From Thermoanaerobaculia bacterium (GTDB taxonomy: Bacteria; Acidobacteriota; Thermoanaerobaculia; Multivoradales; JAIOJS01): 64,000 bases of DNA. The notes under the pieces are model-generated. The model searched no databases and was not told the DNA's origin. It saw only the letters and a program-made list of their open reading frames with translations. The translations under genes and the position numbers were made by a program. Below are positions 10,058 through 19,774 of this stretch, in pieces (positions within the stretch are counted from its first letter, which is position 1; each line of letters opens with the position of its first letter). The DNA is taken from assembly GCA_030429235.1 (NCBI GenBank), contig JAUIDB010000002.1:176769-240768 (forward strand). The letters are read 5' to 3'.

Positions 10058-10162
10058 CGAGAGTTCCTCCTTCGTAAGGGATTCGAACCGTAAGGGATGA
10101 CCGCATCGTAGATCGGGTCAGGTAGAAGTTTCAACGCTCGGTAGGCGGCAGGAGGAAGTTCG

Positions 10163-10954
10163 ATGAAACAAGCGGGGGTTCGGCCGGGCTCCCTGACCGT
10201 CATCGGTACCGGAATGTCGGGGGCGGGACAGGTGACGGCCGAGGCACACTCGGCGCTCAGGGATGCCGAGCGGATCTTCTACCTGGTGCAGGATGCCGTG
10301 ACTCGGGCCTGGCTTCAGCAGTTCGAAGCCCCGATGGAGTCGCTCTTCGAACACTACCAGCCGGGGCGGGACCGGTCGGAGACCTACGAGAGGATCGTTA
10401 CGACCCTGGTCGAAGCGGTGCTGCGGGGCCAGCGGGTGTGCGCGGCCTTCTACGGTCATCCCGGTGTCTTCGTATCTCCCGGTCACGAGGCGGTGCGTCG
10501 GGTGCGAGCGGCTGGATTCCAAGCCGAGATGCTGCCTGGAGTCTCGGCGGTGGATTGTCTAGTGGCCGACCTGGGGTTTGATCCAGGGAGTCGAGGTACC
10601 CAGAGCTTCGAGGCGACCGATTTTCTCCTGCGGCATCGCGTCTTCGATCCGACGAGTCACTTGATCCTGTGGCAGATCGGTGGCATCGGGGTCCGCGACT
10701 ACCGTTCCGAAGCCCTGTGGAGCCGCCGGGGATTGGAGCACCTGGTCGACGTACTGACCGTGAGTTATCCCGACGATCACCAGGTAGTGGTCTACGAAGC
10801 CGCTCCGTTTCCACCGTTGACACCGCAGGTGGAACGCTGCCGGTTGGTTGATCTGGTCCACGGAGCGGTGACCGTGCGGTCGACGTTGTGGGTGCCACCC
10901 TTGGAGGACCGGGCGACCGATCGAGCCCTGCTCGAGAGGCTGACCGGCGAGTAG
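10163..10954 (+). CDS. SAM-dependent methyltransferase with a tetrapyrrole-methylase (TP_methylase) fold.
   Basis: N-terminal LTVIGTGMSGAGQVT (the VxGxGxG of TP_methylases). RBS GGAGGAAG upstream. Divergently transcribed from the Nif11-like gene. Confidence 0.65.
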   Translation: MKQAGVRPGSLTVIGTGMSGAGQVTAEAHSALRDAERIFYLVQDAVTRAWLQQFEAPMESLFEHYQPGRDRSETYERIVTTLVEAVLRGQRVCAAFYGHPGVFVSPGHEAVRRVRAAGFQAEMLPGVSAVDCLVADLGFDPGSRGTQSFEATDFLLRHRVFDPTSHLILWQIGGIGVRDYRSEALWSRRGLEHLVDVLTVSYPDDHQVVVYEAAPFPPLTPQVERCRLVDLVHGAVTVRSTLWVPPLEDRATDRALLERLTGE

Positions 10955-11007
10955 CCGCTCCTCGGCGGAGGGAGAAACCCGATCGGTGGCGGCAGCGTAT
11001 CTGTGGC

Positions 11008-11895
11008 ATGCGCAGCAGAATCTCCAGGGTGTGTCTTCTGTCGGTTCTATTCGGATGGGGAGCCCCGACGACCGCTCCGGCCGACGAACTGCGCGTGCTG
11101 TTCAGCCGTCAACAGAACCGCCAGGACGACCTCCTATCGATCGATCTGGAGGGGCGCGATCTCCAACGGCACACCTCACACCGGGCCAAGGACAGCCATG
11201 GTGTGGTCAGCCCTGACGGTCAGCGGATCGTCTTCAACTCGGAGCGTCGCGGTTGGTGGAAGGTATGGATCAAGTCAGCGAGCGGCCCGCCAGAGGGAGG
11301 GGAGATCGTTCAGCTCACCGAGCCACCTTCCGGCGCCGACTACTTTCCCTCCTGGTCGCCGTCGGGAAAAGAAGTCCTCTTCGCTTCCAGCCGCTCGGGT
11401 GGCGGGGACCTCTACGTGGTGTCTGCGGACGGTACCGGGCTCAGGCGATTGACTGCCGACCCGGCCGGAGAGAATCATCCCGTCTGGTCGGACGACGGGA
11501 GGTGGATCGCGTTCTCGTCTGAGAGTTCAGGCGACTGGAAGGTCCACTTGATCCGTCCCGACGGTACCTCGGAGCGCGCCTTGAACGGATGTGAGGGACA
11601 GGCACTGGAGCCTGCCTGGTTCCCCGACAGCCGCCGAATCGCTTTTCAGTGTTTGCTCGGTGAGCGGTCAGGTCTCTACTGGCTCGACATCGAGAACGGT
11701 GACGGGGGAGCCCTGATCACGGCAGCCCACCAGGATGAGCGGCCCAACGTCTCTCCTGATGGTCGTTGGGTCGTGTTCGAATCGGACCGCAGCGGAGGGA
11801 GTCAGATCTTCCTCCTGCGCGTCGACGATGGCCATGTCGAGCAGCTGACCACAGAGGGGTACAACTACGGCCCCACCTTTTTCGTCGCTCGGTGA
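11008..11895 (+). CDS. Secreted TolB-like β-propeller (PD40/WD40-like repeat) protein.
   Basis: Signal peptide MRSRISRVCLLSVLFGWGAPTTAPA. Repeated SPDG..IVF, SPSGKEVLF, SDDGRWIAF and SPDGRWVVFESDRSG units. Confidence 0.7.
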   Translation: MRSRISRVCLLSVLFGWGAPTTAPADELRVLFSRQQNRQDDLLSIDLEGRDLQRHTSHRAKDSHGVVSPDGQRIVFNSERRGWWKVWIKSASGPPEGGEIVQLTEPPSGADYFPSWSPSGKEVLFASSRSGGGDLYVVSADGTGLRRLTADPAGENHPVWSDDGRWIAFSSESSGDWKVHLIRPDGTSERALNGCEGQALEPAWFPDSRRIAFQCLLGERSGLYWLDIENGDGGALITAAHQDERPNVSPDGRWVVFESDRSGGSQIFLLRVDDGHVEQLTTEGYNYGPTFFVAR

Positions 11896-11913
11896 GTCCT
11901 CACTCTTCTGGCA

Positions 11914-12654
11914 CTACTTGGTCCGAGCGGTACAGTGCTCGATGATTCCTCGCAGGGCCTGGTAGCCGTCCACCAGACGCGGGGAGGGGCGGCCGAGGAA
12001 CGCCTCGCTGATCGAGAAGACCTGACGCTGGGTCACGAACTCCGTGGCGGCGTACGCTGGATGGCGGTAGATCACGTCGGGTCGGTACTTTTCGACCTCC
12101 ACTCCGCACCAGGCGAGAATCAGGATATCGGGGTCGAGCGCAGCGAGTTCTGTGGGCTCGAGGGGACGGCTCGCGACCTCCTCGTCGAGTGCGTTGGTTC
12201 CTCCTGCTCGCTCGATCAAGCCATGAACCCAACTGAGACGACCCGGAAGGATCGGTGGTTTGGGCCACCACTGCACGGCGATTCTCGGGCGCGGTGTACC
12301 GCTGGGCGGAGCTTCGCCTTCCAGTGCCTCTGCCATCTGTCGCGCGACCTCACGCCCGCGATCGGGTAGGCCGAGGGAGTCAGCGATCTGGTGAATATCG
12401 GCGTAGACGTCGGCGAGGGAGGTCGGGGCCGGGGCCAGATAGGGCAGCCCCGTCTGGTCCAGCGCTTCCACCACGCGTTCGTGCCCAGGCACCGTGAGCG
12501 AAGCCAGCACGAGATCCGGTTCGAGGGCGACCACGGCGTCGAGGTCGATTCCAAGGTCCGGTCCGACCCGGGGCAGGCCGGCCAGAACTTCGGGGGGGTA
12601 GTCGCTGAAGTCGTCGACCCCCACCAAGAGATGTCCACAGCCGAGTGCAGCCAC
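11914..12654 (-). CDS. BtuF/TroA-like periplasmic binding protein homolog without a recognisable signal peptide; possibly 5'-truncated or decayed.
   Basis: RVVSLTCSNTEIVAALGCGHLLVGVDDFSDYPPEV follows the BtuF N-terminal pattern. An in-frame TGA lies about 25 codons upstream, and no ATG or signal peptide sits between it and the GTG start. Confidence 0.55.
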   Translation of the reverse strand: MAALGCGHLLVGVDDFSDYPPEVLAGLPRVGPDLGIDLDAVVALEPDLVLASLTVPGHERVVEALDQTGLPYLAPAPTSLADVYADIHQIADSLGLPDRGREVARQMAEALEGEAPPSGTPRPRIAVQWWPKPPILPGRLSWVHGLIERAGGTNALDEEVASRPLEPTELAALDPDILILAWCGVEVEKYRPDVIYRHPAYAATEFVTQRQVFSISEAFLGRPSPRLVDGYQALRGIIEHCTARTK

Positions 12655-12840
12655 GATCTCGGTATTGGAGCAGGTTAGGCTGACGACGCGGCTTGGAGCA
12701 TCAGAGCATGATCTGTTCAGCGGTGGTTTCCTCGGATTGCGTCACGGTTCGGGAGTCACGTGGTTGCGAGACTATCCGACCTCACACGACGAAGTCTCAG
12801 CTTCCTGTCATAGGATGCGCCGAGGAGGCTACAGATTGGA

Positions 12841-13368
12841 GTGAACGTGAAGAATCTCAGCTACCCGATCGGAAGGTGGAAGCAGCCCGTGGCCCTGACG
12901 GACGTCGAACGGGCGTCGGCGATCGAAACCCTCGCGGCCACACCAGCCGAGTTGCGGTCTGCCGTAGCGGGTCTCGACGACGAGCAGCTCGACACGACGT
13001 ACCGTCCCGACGGTTGGACCGTGCGTCAGGTCGTGCACCACCTTCCGGACAGTCACCTCAATGCCTACGTTCGCTTCAAACTGGGGGTCACTGAGGACCT
13101 CCCGACGATTCGTCCCTACCGTGAAGCCGCGTGGGCCGAACTCCCGGACTCGCAGGGTCCGATCGAGGTCTCTCTCCGTCTCCTCGACGCCGTGCACGAG
13201 CGGTGGGTCGGGCTACTGCTCCGCTTCTCGGACGCCCACTGGGAGCGCCAAATCGATCATCCGGAGATCGGTCGCCTCAGGCTCGATGCCCTTCTGTCGC
13301 AGTACGCTTGGCACGGCCCACACCACGTAGCGCACATCACTGCCCTCCGAGCGCGCATGGGGTGGTGA
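12841..13368 (+). CDS. DinB/YfiT-family metal-dependent hydrolase or thiol transferase.
   Basis: WTVRQVVHHLPDSHLNAYVRFK ... AWHGPHHVAHI, the His triad of the DinB_2 fold. Confidence 0.7.
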   Translation: MNVKNLSYPIGRWKQPVALTDVERASAIETLAATPAELRSAVAGLDDEQLDTTYRPDGWTVRQVVHHLPDSHLNAYVRFKLGVTEDLPTIRPYREAAWAELPDSQGPIEVSLRLLDAVHERWVGLLLRFSDAHWERQIDHPEIGRLRLDALLSQYAWHGPHHVAHITALRARMGW

Positions 13369-13596
13369 GTTCTTTTCTCAGGAGGTGGAAGAGGACCGGC
13401 CTGCTGTGTTGCCGCTCTCGAATCCGTCGCTGAAGGAGGGTACCGTGGCCCCGAGCTCGTCGGCTCGTCGGCACCCTTCCAGAGCCCGTGCGATCGGACT
13501 GGCTAGGGGTTCTTGCGCTTGCCGTTGCGAGCAGTCTTCATGGGTAGGCCACCTGGACGGCTCTACGCCAGCTCAGCATCCCGTTGGGTTCTCGTT

Positions 13597-15678
13597 CTAC
13601 CAGGCTGTGGTGTCGCCACTCTCGAAACCATCTGAGAAGATCCCGGAACAGAGCACGGGCGGAGTGTCGTCGGAGCGAAGGGTCACCCCATCGACTGCCG
13701 CCTCGATCACGTCGCCACCGCCGACGTCACCCGCCGTAAAGCGGATGCGGAGCTGGTTCGTGGTGGAGACGAAGTCTGCCACGCGGAAGGACTGGCGGAC
13801 CCAGGCTCCATCGACCCCGGGGCCGATGGTCTCGAGGGTCGTCCAGTTCGATCCATTGTCATCGGAGATCTCGACCAGGAAGGTGTCGTCGCTGGGGTCC
13901 CCTGGGCCGCCGTCGTCCCACCAGCGCCAGTAGGAGATCTCGGCATCGGGGTCGCCGCTGGCGTCGAGGGTGGGAGACACGAGACGTGTCGCTCCGCCGT
14001 CGACGTCGGTGTTGCCGCCGGCAGGGTCGGTCAAGAAGGCGAGTCCATCACCTTCCGTGTCGGCATCCCAGGGCGGGTCCTGACGGAAGCCATAGCCCGA
14101 CGGCAGGCCGCGCTCCCAGCTGCCCGCAGTCAGGCCCGGGTCGTCGTCGACGGTCCACCCCTGATCGGATTCGAAGGTGTCGCGGAAGAGGACGTCGTAG
14201 CCGAAGCCGACCCAACGACGGTACCGTCGGTCGGTGGTCGGGTCCGCCGCAAAGGGATGGGACACCGTGGTGCCGGTCGTCGACTCCGCGTCGATACGGA
14301 CGCTGACCTCCGTGCCGCAGCCGAGGGTCGGAAAGTCGGCCTGCCAGATCCCGCCACCCTGGGAAACGAGCGGCACGACCTGGTCGCCGGCGCCGGCATC
14401 GTAGGTGAAGGTCGCGGAGTTCAGCGCCGCCGGGCTGCCAGCCCGGTCGAGGATCGCCACCTGGAAGGTGCTGCCGTCCGGGGCGATGGGAGCCTCGAGC
14501 GGGCTGACGGCCTCGATGCGCAGTGGGCGCTGACCGTCGGTACAGACTCCCAACGGGTTGGCCAGGGCGTTCTGGACGGCCGCGAGATCGATGTTGGTTC
14601 CGTTGTTGGCTCCTCCGCCGGCGCTACAACCGGCGTGGGTGTGGATTCCGATCGCGTTCCCCGAAGCCTCGTCGATGACGGGTGATCCAGAGTCGCCGCC
14701 GGTGGTGTCCGTGGCGTACTGCAGATTGGACGGCGTGACGACGGTCAACGGCCCCACGTGGGTGGTCTGGACCTGGCTCCAGGAAAGAGGAGTCCCCTGT
14801 GTGCCCGTGGTGGTGCCGAAACCGGTGATCCGGATCTCGCTACCCAACGGAAGCCCGGAGGGGGAGGTGAGGACGTAGGTCGAACCCTGGACCTCCACCG
14901 GAGCGAGCTGGGACTGGCTGTTGGGGAAGGCGCCGAAGTAGGACCAGTCGTTGCCGATCCCTCCATCCGTTCCCTGGACGGAAGAGAGGTCCACCGGGTA
15001 CTGATCGATCGGGGCGGGGTGGTTGATGGTGCCATCGGCGTCGGAGAGGGGCACGTTGAACTCGACGACATGAAGACTGCCGCCCGAGATGCAATGGCCC
15101 GCCGTGAGGAAGCAGCCTTCGGCGTCGTCGATCAGCCAGACCGTACACCCCACCGGCACCACGCGGGCGTTGCGCGGGTCGGCGGCCAGGATTCGGTCGT
15201 CGGTAGGACCGCAGATCGACTCCGGGATGGCGGCCGGTTCGCCGACCATGAGTTCGGCGATGGCCAGACGGCTGGAGCCGGCTTCGGGGGGCGACAGGAT
15301 CTCCACCCGCACCTGGTCCCCGTTGAAGAAGGCGCTCGAGTTCTTCCATTGCGCCAGCGAGGTCGCATCGAGGGTCTGCACGGCACCGTCTTCGATCGAG
15401 GTCAGACGGATGATGGCGCCCTCGCCGTCGGCCACTGCGCCGAGCTCGGCCTGGGAGAAGAAGAGTCGGAGCCAGGGCGCTCCGTCGAACTGCACGGTCT
15501 CGTCGTAGATCACCTCGAGCCCTCCACCCTCGGTGGGATCGGAAGTTCGGGCCTGAACCTCGCCGGAATCGAGCTGGTACGCGACCATCCGGTGAGGCGT
15601 CGGTTGTTGGGCCCATAGGGACGCTCCGCAACAGGTGGCGAGCGCCAGAATCGACAGGGATCGCAGGGAGTGGGGCAT
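13597..15678 (-). CDS. Secreted multidomain trypsin-like (S1) serine protease carrying the C-terminal DGFESGDTTAW tail.
   Basis: Signal peptide MPHSLRSLSILALATCCGASLWAQQ. LTAGHCISGG (His), GNDWSYF and GGDSGSPVID (Ser) motifs. C-terminus reads ...CSGIFSDGFESGDTTAW*. Confidence 0.8.
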   Translation of the reverse strand: MPHSLRSLSILALATCCGASLWAQQPTPHRMVAYQLDSGEVQARTSDPTEGGGLEVIYDETVQFDGAPWLRLFFSQAELGAVADGEGAIIRLTSIEDGAVQTLDATSLAQWKNSSAFFNGDQVRVEILSPPEAGSSRLAIAELMVGEPAAIPESICGPTDDRILAADPRNARVVPVGCTVWLIDDAEGCFLTAGHCISGGSLHVVEFNVPLSDADGTINHPAPIDQYPVDLSSVQGTDGGIGNDWSYFGAFPNSQSQLAPVEVQGSTYVLTSPSGLPLGSEIRITGFGTTTGTQGTPLSWSQVQTTHVGPLTVVTPSNLQYATDTTGGDSGSPVIDEASGNAIGIHTHAGCSAGGGANNGTNIDLAAVQNALANPLGVCTDGQRPLRIEAVSPLEAPIAPDGSTFQVAILDRAGSPAALNSATFTYDAGAGDQVVPLVSQGGGIWQADFPTLGCGTEVSVRIDAESTTGTTVSHPFAADPTTDRRYRRWVGFGYDVLFRDTFESDQGWTVDDDPGLTAGSWERGLPSGYGFRQDPPWDADTEGDGLAFLTDPAGGNTDVDGGATRLVSPTLDASGDPDAEISYWRWWDDGGPGDPSDDTFLVEISDDNGSNWTTLETIGPGVDGAWVRQSFRVADFVSTTNQLRIRFTAGDVGGGDVIEAAVDGVTLRSDDTPPVLCSGIFSDGFESGDTTAW

Positions 15679-15739
15679 GGTGAGACTCCTTCGGGTTGGA
15701 AGCGAAGAGTCTACTCGATCGATGCGCTCGACCCGGAAC

Positions 15740-16993
15740 TCAGCCTGATCGAGCCTCTGAAAGGCGGTTGCGACCGTTGCGTTTGGCTCGATAGAGGGCC
15801 TGGTCGGCGGCCGCGAGCACCTCGTGGCTGGAGCTCAGAGCCGGGCCGGAGCGGGCAAGGCCGATGCTGACGGTGACCGGCAGACGCCTCTTCGTGCCGC
15901 GGACACCGAACGGGCTGTTGGCGATACGCTCACGTAGTCGTTCCAGGCGTGGCTCGCAGGCCTTGACGTGGCGGCCGCGGAAGACGATCACGAACTCCTC
16001 GCCACCGTAGCGGAAGGACCGGCCTCCTCGCACGCGGGCGAGATGGGCCGCCACCTTGGCGAGAACCTGGTCGCCGACATCGTGGCCGTGCCGGTCGTTC
16101 ACTCGCTTGAAGTGATCGACATCGACCATGGCGACGGCGAATCGACGACCCAGCTCCGCGAGTTCGCGATCGAGGGCTCGCCGCCCGGGAAGTCCCGTCA
16201 GGGGATCTCGAAACGAGAGAGCGTGGGCCTCGCTGAGCGTGCCGAGGATCCAGACTAATGCCACGGCCGCCAGGGAGAGACGCGACGGGACGGAGGCGAC
16301 CACGACTTCGCCGAGCCCGGCCGCGAGCACCGGCAGACTCCACAGGGCGGCCCGCAGCAGGGGGCTGGGTCGTCGCGTGAGGAACACCAGAACGAGCGCC
16401 GCCGCGATCGAGAATCCCCAGCTGTTCCACGCTTCGATCGGCGCCAGATGCTCCCCGATCTGGTCTTCGACCCGACGCGCCCAGGTCGTCTGGACGACCC
16501 AGCCCGCGGCCAGCAGGCCGACGAGCGCGGTGAGGTTACGCCGTCGCCACGGGTGTCGGGGCGGCAGGGCGGCGATCGCGGTGAGTAGAACCGGCACCAG
16601 AGCCACGCCCAGCGGTGGGCGTTCGGGAGAGAACGCCAGCCAGGCGAGCACCAGTGCCGTCAGCGCGACCCGCCCCTGTCTGAGCAGCAGGGCCAGGGCG
16701 ACCAGGAGGAGGAGCAGACCGACGACCAACTCGTCGTCTCGGCCCCGTAGCCAGGCCCACATCGGAGCCAGATCGAGGGCGACCGGCGGGTTGGCGAGCC
16801 GGGGACTCTGGCTCCCCCACAGCAGGAGAACGGTCAGTCCGGGAAGGCCGACGAACCTTCGGATCAGGCTCAGCGCCCGACCGAATCCGAGGGCGAGAGC
16901 CGGCTCGTCGCCGCGCGGAACCTGCTTGCGGCCGGCGGAGCGTCGTCTCTTTCGGGTGCCGGTTCCGCCTCCGCGGGTTCGTGAACGCGCCAT
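15740..16993 (-). CDS. Membrane-anchored diguanylate cyclase (GGDEF, GGEEF variant).
   Basis: Several N-terminal TM helices. DVDHFKRVNDRHGHDVGDQVL, RYGGEEFVIVF and LYRAKRNGRNR motifs. Confidence 0.8.
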   Translation of the reverse strand: MARSRTRGGGTGTRKRRRSAGRKQVPRGDEPALALGFGRALSLIRRFVGLPGLTVLLLWGSQSPRLANPPVALDLAPMWAWLRGRDDELVVGLLLLLVALALLLRQGRVALTALVLAWLAFSPERPPLGVALVPVLLTAIAALPPRHPWRRRNLTALVGLLAAGWVVQTTWARRVEDQIGEHLAPIEAWNSWGFSIAAALVLVFLTRRPSPLLRAALWSLPVLAAGLGEVVVASVPSRLSLAAVALVWILGTLSEAHALSFRDPLTGLPGRRALDRELAELGRRFAVAMVDVDHFKRVNDRHGHDVGDQVLAKVAAHLARVRGGRSFRYGGEEFVIVFRGRHVKACEPRLERLRERIANSPFGVRGTKRRLPVTVSIGLARSGPALSSSHEVLAAADQALYRAKRNGRNRLSEARSG

Positions 16994-17020
16994 GGGGCGC
17001 GAGGATAGCCGAAAGCCGGC

Positions 17021-18184
17021 CTAGTCGGCTGGCGGGAGAGCGACGCGAAACTCCAGGGTCGTGGCGACCGCTCCGGCCGGCTCGCCGGCATCGCCGACCG
17101 AGCCGTGGGTTGCGAGGTCGAAGACCCGGTCGATGCGATTCCCGGCGACGTCTTCGAGACCCGGGTCGATGCGAATCTCGTAGCGCCCCGGTAGCCACCC
17201 GGCGGCGGGGCGAAACCGAATCTGTGAGCTGGTCTGAACCTCCAGTGAACCAGCCACTGCGCCCTGCGGACCCGCGATCTCGAGGCTGCGCCGGATCAGA
17301 GCCGAGTCCACAGGTACCGTCGGGCGGATCGTCACCGCATCCCCCGCGTTCCGAGGGACTACGATCGTCCACTGCTGTGGGACCAGCTTCCGGCGCAAGG
17401 CGGGTCCGGCCTGGAATCGGTGTTCGAAGGTGGCCACCGGACGTCCGGAACGATCGACCAGGCCGGGTCCCACCTCCAGCCGGTACCACTGGCCCTCGCG
17501 CAGGGGAGGCCCCTGGACCTGGTGGGGGCCGACTCCGCGCTTGATGCGTCCCGGGTGCAGCAGGAGGGTGAGCCGCTGTCCGGATGGATCCCATAGGCCG
17601 GAGGGGATCTCCACGAAGGCATCAGGGACTTCGCTCCCGGTCACCGCGTCGACCAGCCGGATCGAGCGGTGCAGGTCGTGACCACGGATCGGCCGCGAGA
17701 ACTGAAGGTAGAAGCGCAGTAGGTTCTCGGGAAGTTGCTTCTCGGCTGGCTGCAGCTCGACCACCTGGGCCGGGGCCTGCGCGGGAGCAGCGGGGAGCTG
17801 CGCACTTCGGAGTGAGTCGTCGAGCAGACCCGGGAGGCCGAGATCCCGCGCCAGGCGACGGCCCCGAAACTCCATCGAGATCGGCAACTGAGCGGCCAGG
17901 GGGAACCGAGGCTCGAAGCGCATTCGGTCTGCCTCCAGCACGGTGCGCCCGAGAATGGGTGGGAGCTCGCCGCCCTCGTCCGCCACCCGAACGACGAGGT
18001 AGCGGGCCCCGTCGAGCGGTCCGTGGTCGCTCAGGCCCCGGACGATCGCGGGCGGTAGGGGTTCGACCACCACTTGGCCGAACCAGGGATGCTCGGGGTT
18101 GGTCTCCAGGCGCGGCTCGGCGGCGCCGAGGTGGGCCGGGAAGCAGAACAGGCTCCCGGCGAGCAGCAGGAGGAGCGCCCTCAA
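17021..18184 (-). CDS. Secreted hypothetical protein.
   Basis: Signal peptide MRALLLLLAGSLFCFPAHLGAAEP. A 4-nt overlap with the upstream ORF suggests an operon. Confidence 0.45.
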   Translation of the reverse strand: MRALLLLLAGSLFCFPAHLGAAEPRLETNPEHPWFGQVVVEPLPPAIVRGLSDHGPLDGARYLVVRVADEGGELPPILGRTVLEADRMRFEPRFPLAAQLPISMEFRGRRLARDLGLPGLLDDSLRSAQLPAAPAQAPAQVVELQPAEKQLPENLLRFYLQFSRPIRGHDLHRSIRLVDAVTGSEVPDAFVEIPSGLWDPSGQRLTLLLHPGRIKRGVGPHQVQGPPLREGQWYRLEVGPGLVDRSGRPVATFEHRFQAGPALRRKLVPQQWTIVVPRNAGDAVTIRPTVPVDSALIRRSLEIAGPQGAVAGSLEVQTSSQIRFRPAAGWLPGRYEIRIDPGLEDVAGNRIDRVFDLATHGSVGDAGEPAGAVATTLEFRVALPPAD

Positions 18185-19332
18185 AGGCGACGAACGCTCA
18201 TCGACACCAGGTCCAACGTGCCTCCGGGCAGCCGCTGCAGGGCGACGAGCATCTCGTCTCCGTAGCGATCGAGTTGCTGGATTCCATTGCCCGATCGAAT
18301 CTCGTAGCGCACGCCCTCGGTGTATCCCGGCGTCTCCCGCGTGATGCTGCCCTCGTAGGCCTCGATGTCACGCGGGTCCACCAGCATGAGCGGTAGATTG
18401 CTGTTGGCGATCGCGATCTTCTCGACTCCCTGGTTGCGGTAGACCACCATGTCGAGCGGATAGTTGCCGGAGCCGAACTCCGCCACGGTCCGACCCTTGA
18501 CGTGAGCTCCGGCCGCGAGCGAGGCGCTCTCGAACGTCACCAGGGGCGTACAGAGATAGGCCGCCAGCAGATGGTCTCGCCCTTCGAGTCGGTAGGGTAG
18601 GAAGGTGCGAATCGGTGCGTGCGTTTCGTACTCGCCGTGCGCTCCGTGGAAGATCTCGAGCGTCGAGGCAGTGGCCTGCCCGTCGAAGGGGTAGGGGAGC
18701 TTCCAGAGGGTCGACGCGAACTCCTCGTTCGACAGTCCACTGACGTAGACCGTCGCGTTCTGGATCGCGATGTCGGTGATGGTGTCGACCCGCAGACTCG
18801 TGCCCTGCTTCCAGCGGTGCTGCTTGTCGGGTGCGACCGGATTGGGGAGTCGGCCCGAGGTCCAGGTGACGGCGGAGAGCTCCACCGCCTCGAGCTGCCC
18901 GGCCGCGTCCACTCGGATCAGGAGCGTGGCATCGGTGAGATCGTTGGGCAGCTGCCAGCGGTTGTCCCAGGTCGATCGACCGCGGGACACGGCGAGGTAG
19001 ACATCGGCCGAGACGGGGTCCGTCGCCAGGTCGTGGATCAACACCTCGCTGGCTCGGGTGCCGAGCAAGGCGGCGATCTTGGTCTCGATGTCGGTGACCA
19101 CCAACCGTTCGCTCGGGGTGTGGGTTGGTCGCTCGCCGAGGTCGAGGGCCCAGATCGTGGCTGCCTTACTGTCTCCGACGAAGAGGGTGCCGTCGGCGGC
19201 GAAGGTCAGCACGCTCATCGACTGGATGCCGGGTTCCGCGCCGGCGTCGTCCTGGGCGTAGATCCCGGAGCAGAACCACAGAGCGAGGCAGACGAGGAGG
19301 GAGAGTCGAGGGGAGATACGGGGTCGAGACAT
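18181..19332 (-). CDS. Secreted hypothetical protein, possibly a β-propeller.
   Basis: Signal peptide LLVCLALWFCSGIYAQ. Overlaps the downstream ORF by 4 nt. Confidence 0.45.
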   Translation of the reverse strand: MSRPRISPRLSLLVCLALWFCSGIYAQDDAGAEPGIQSMSVLTFAADGTLFVGDSKAATIWALDLGERPTHTPSERLVVTDIETKIAALLGTRASEVLIHDLATDPVSADVYLAVSRGRSTWDNRWQLPNDLTDATLLIRVDAAGQLEAVELSAVTWTSGRLPNPVAPDKQHRWKQGTSLRVDTITDIAIQNATVYVSGLSNEEFASTLWKLPYPFDGQATASTLEIFHGAHGEYETHAPIRTFLPYRLEGRDHLLAAYLCTPLVTFESASLAAGAHVKGRTVAEFGSGNYPLDMVVYRNQGVEKIAIANSNLPLMLVDPRDIEAYEGSITRETPGYTEGVRYEIRSGNGIQQLDRYGDEMLVALQRLPGGTLDLVSMSVRRL

Positions 19333-19510
19333 GGTGTCGTCCTCTCTGGGATGGGGCCGGCCTGGCCGTTCTGGGGTACTGACGGGAGTAGGTACGGTGC
19401 TGGCCTATCCAGGGTTGCGCCCCGGAACTACCCGTTGGGGCGGTCTGCGCTGCGGGAAGCCGAGGTAGGGTTTCTCCAAACGGGGCGAACACCCACGCAG
19501 AGGAGGAGCG

Positions 19511-19774
19511 ATGCCGATACTCAGTTACCTCGCCTACCCGGCCGCCGGGCGCCAGGCCGAACTGAAGCACCAGCTGAACTCGCTGCCCGAGTGCACCGTG
19601 CACGCGCCGGAGGCAGGGGGCGGAGAGGTCCTCGTCCTGGTCACCGACACGCCGGACGAGAAGGCCGAGAAGGACCTGCGCGTGCGCCTCGAAGGGATCG
19701 AGGATCTTCAGTGCCTCGCTCTCGTCTTCGGGCATCGAGAAACCGACGGCGCAGCGGTCGAAGGGGAATTGTGA
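19511..19774 (+). CDS. napD: NapD, the chaperone for periplasmic nitrate reductase.
   Basis: An 87-aa ORF with a NapD-like pattern (ISSLVV-type N-terminus, EVH, GVL). Its TGA overlaps the napA ATG (tgATGg). Confidence 0.7.
   Translation: MPILSYLAYPAAGRQAELKHQLNSLPECTVHAPEAGGGEVLVLVTDTPDEKAEKDLRVRLEGIEDLQCLALVFGHRETDGAAVEGEL

Noticed and set aside
12693-13094. A 133-aa plus-strand ORF upstream of the DinB-family gene.
   Set aside because: It has no motifs and overlaps the true DinB/YfiT gene start. The region is better explained as a divergent promoter between 12654 and 12841.
16536-17594. Long Arg-rich antisense ORFs (also 22047..23606, 32838..35654, 35665..36795, 43117..46002 and 52042..54768).
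   Set aside because: They are R/G/P-rich, lack motifs, and fully overlap well-supported genes on the opposite strand. These are GC-skew artefacts.
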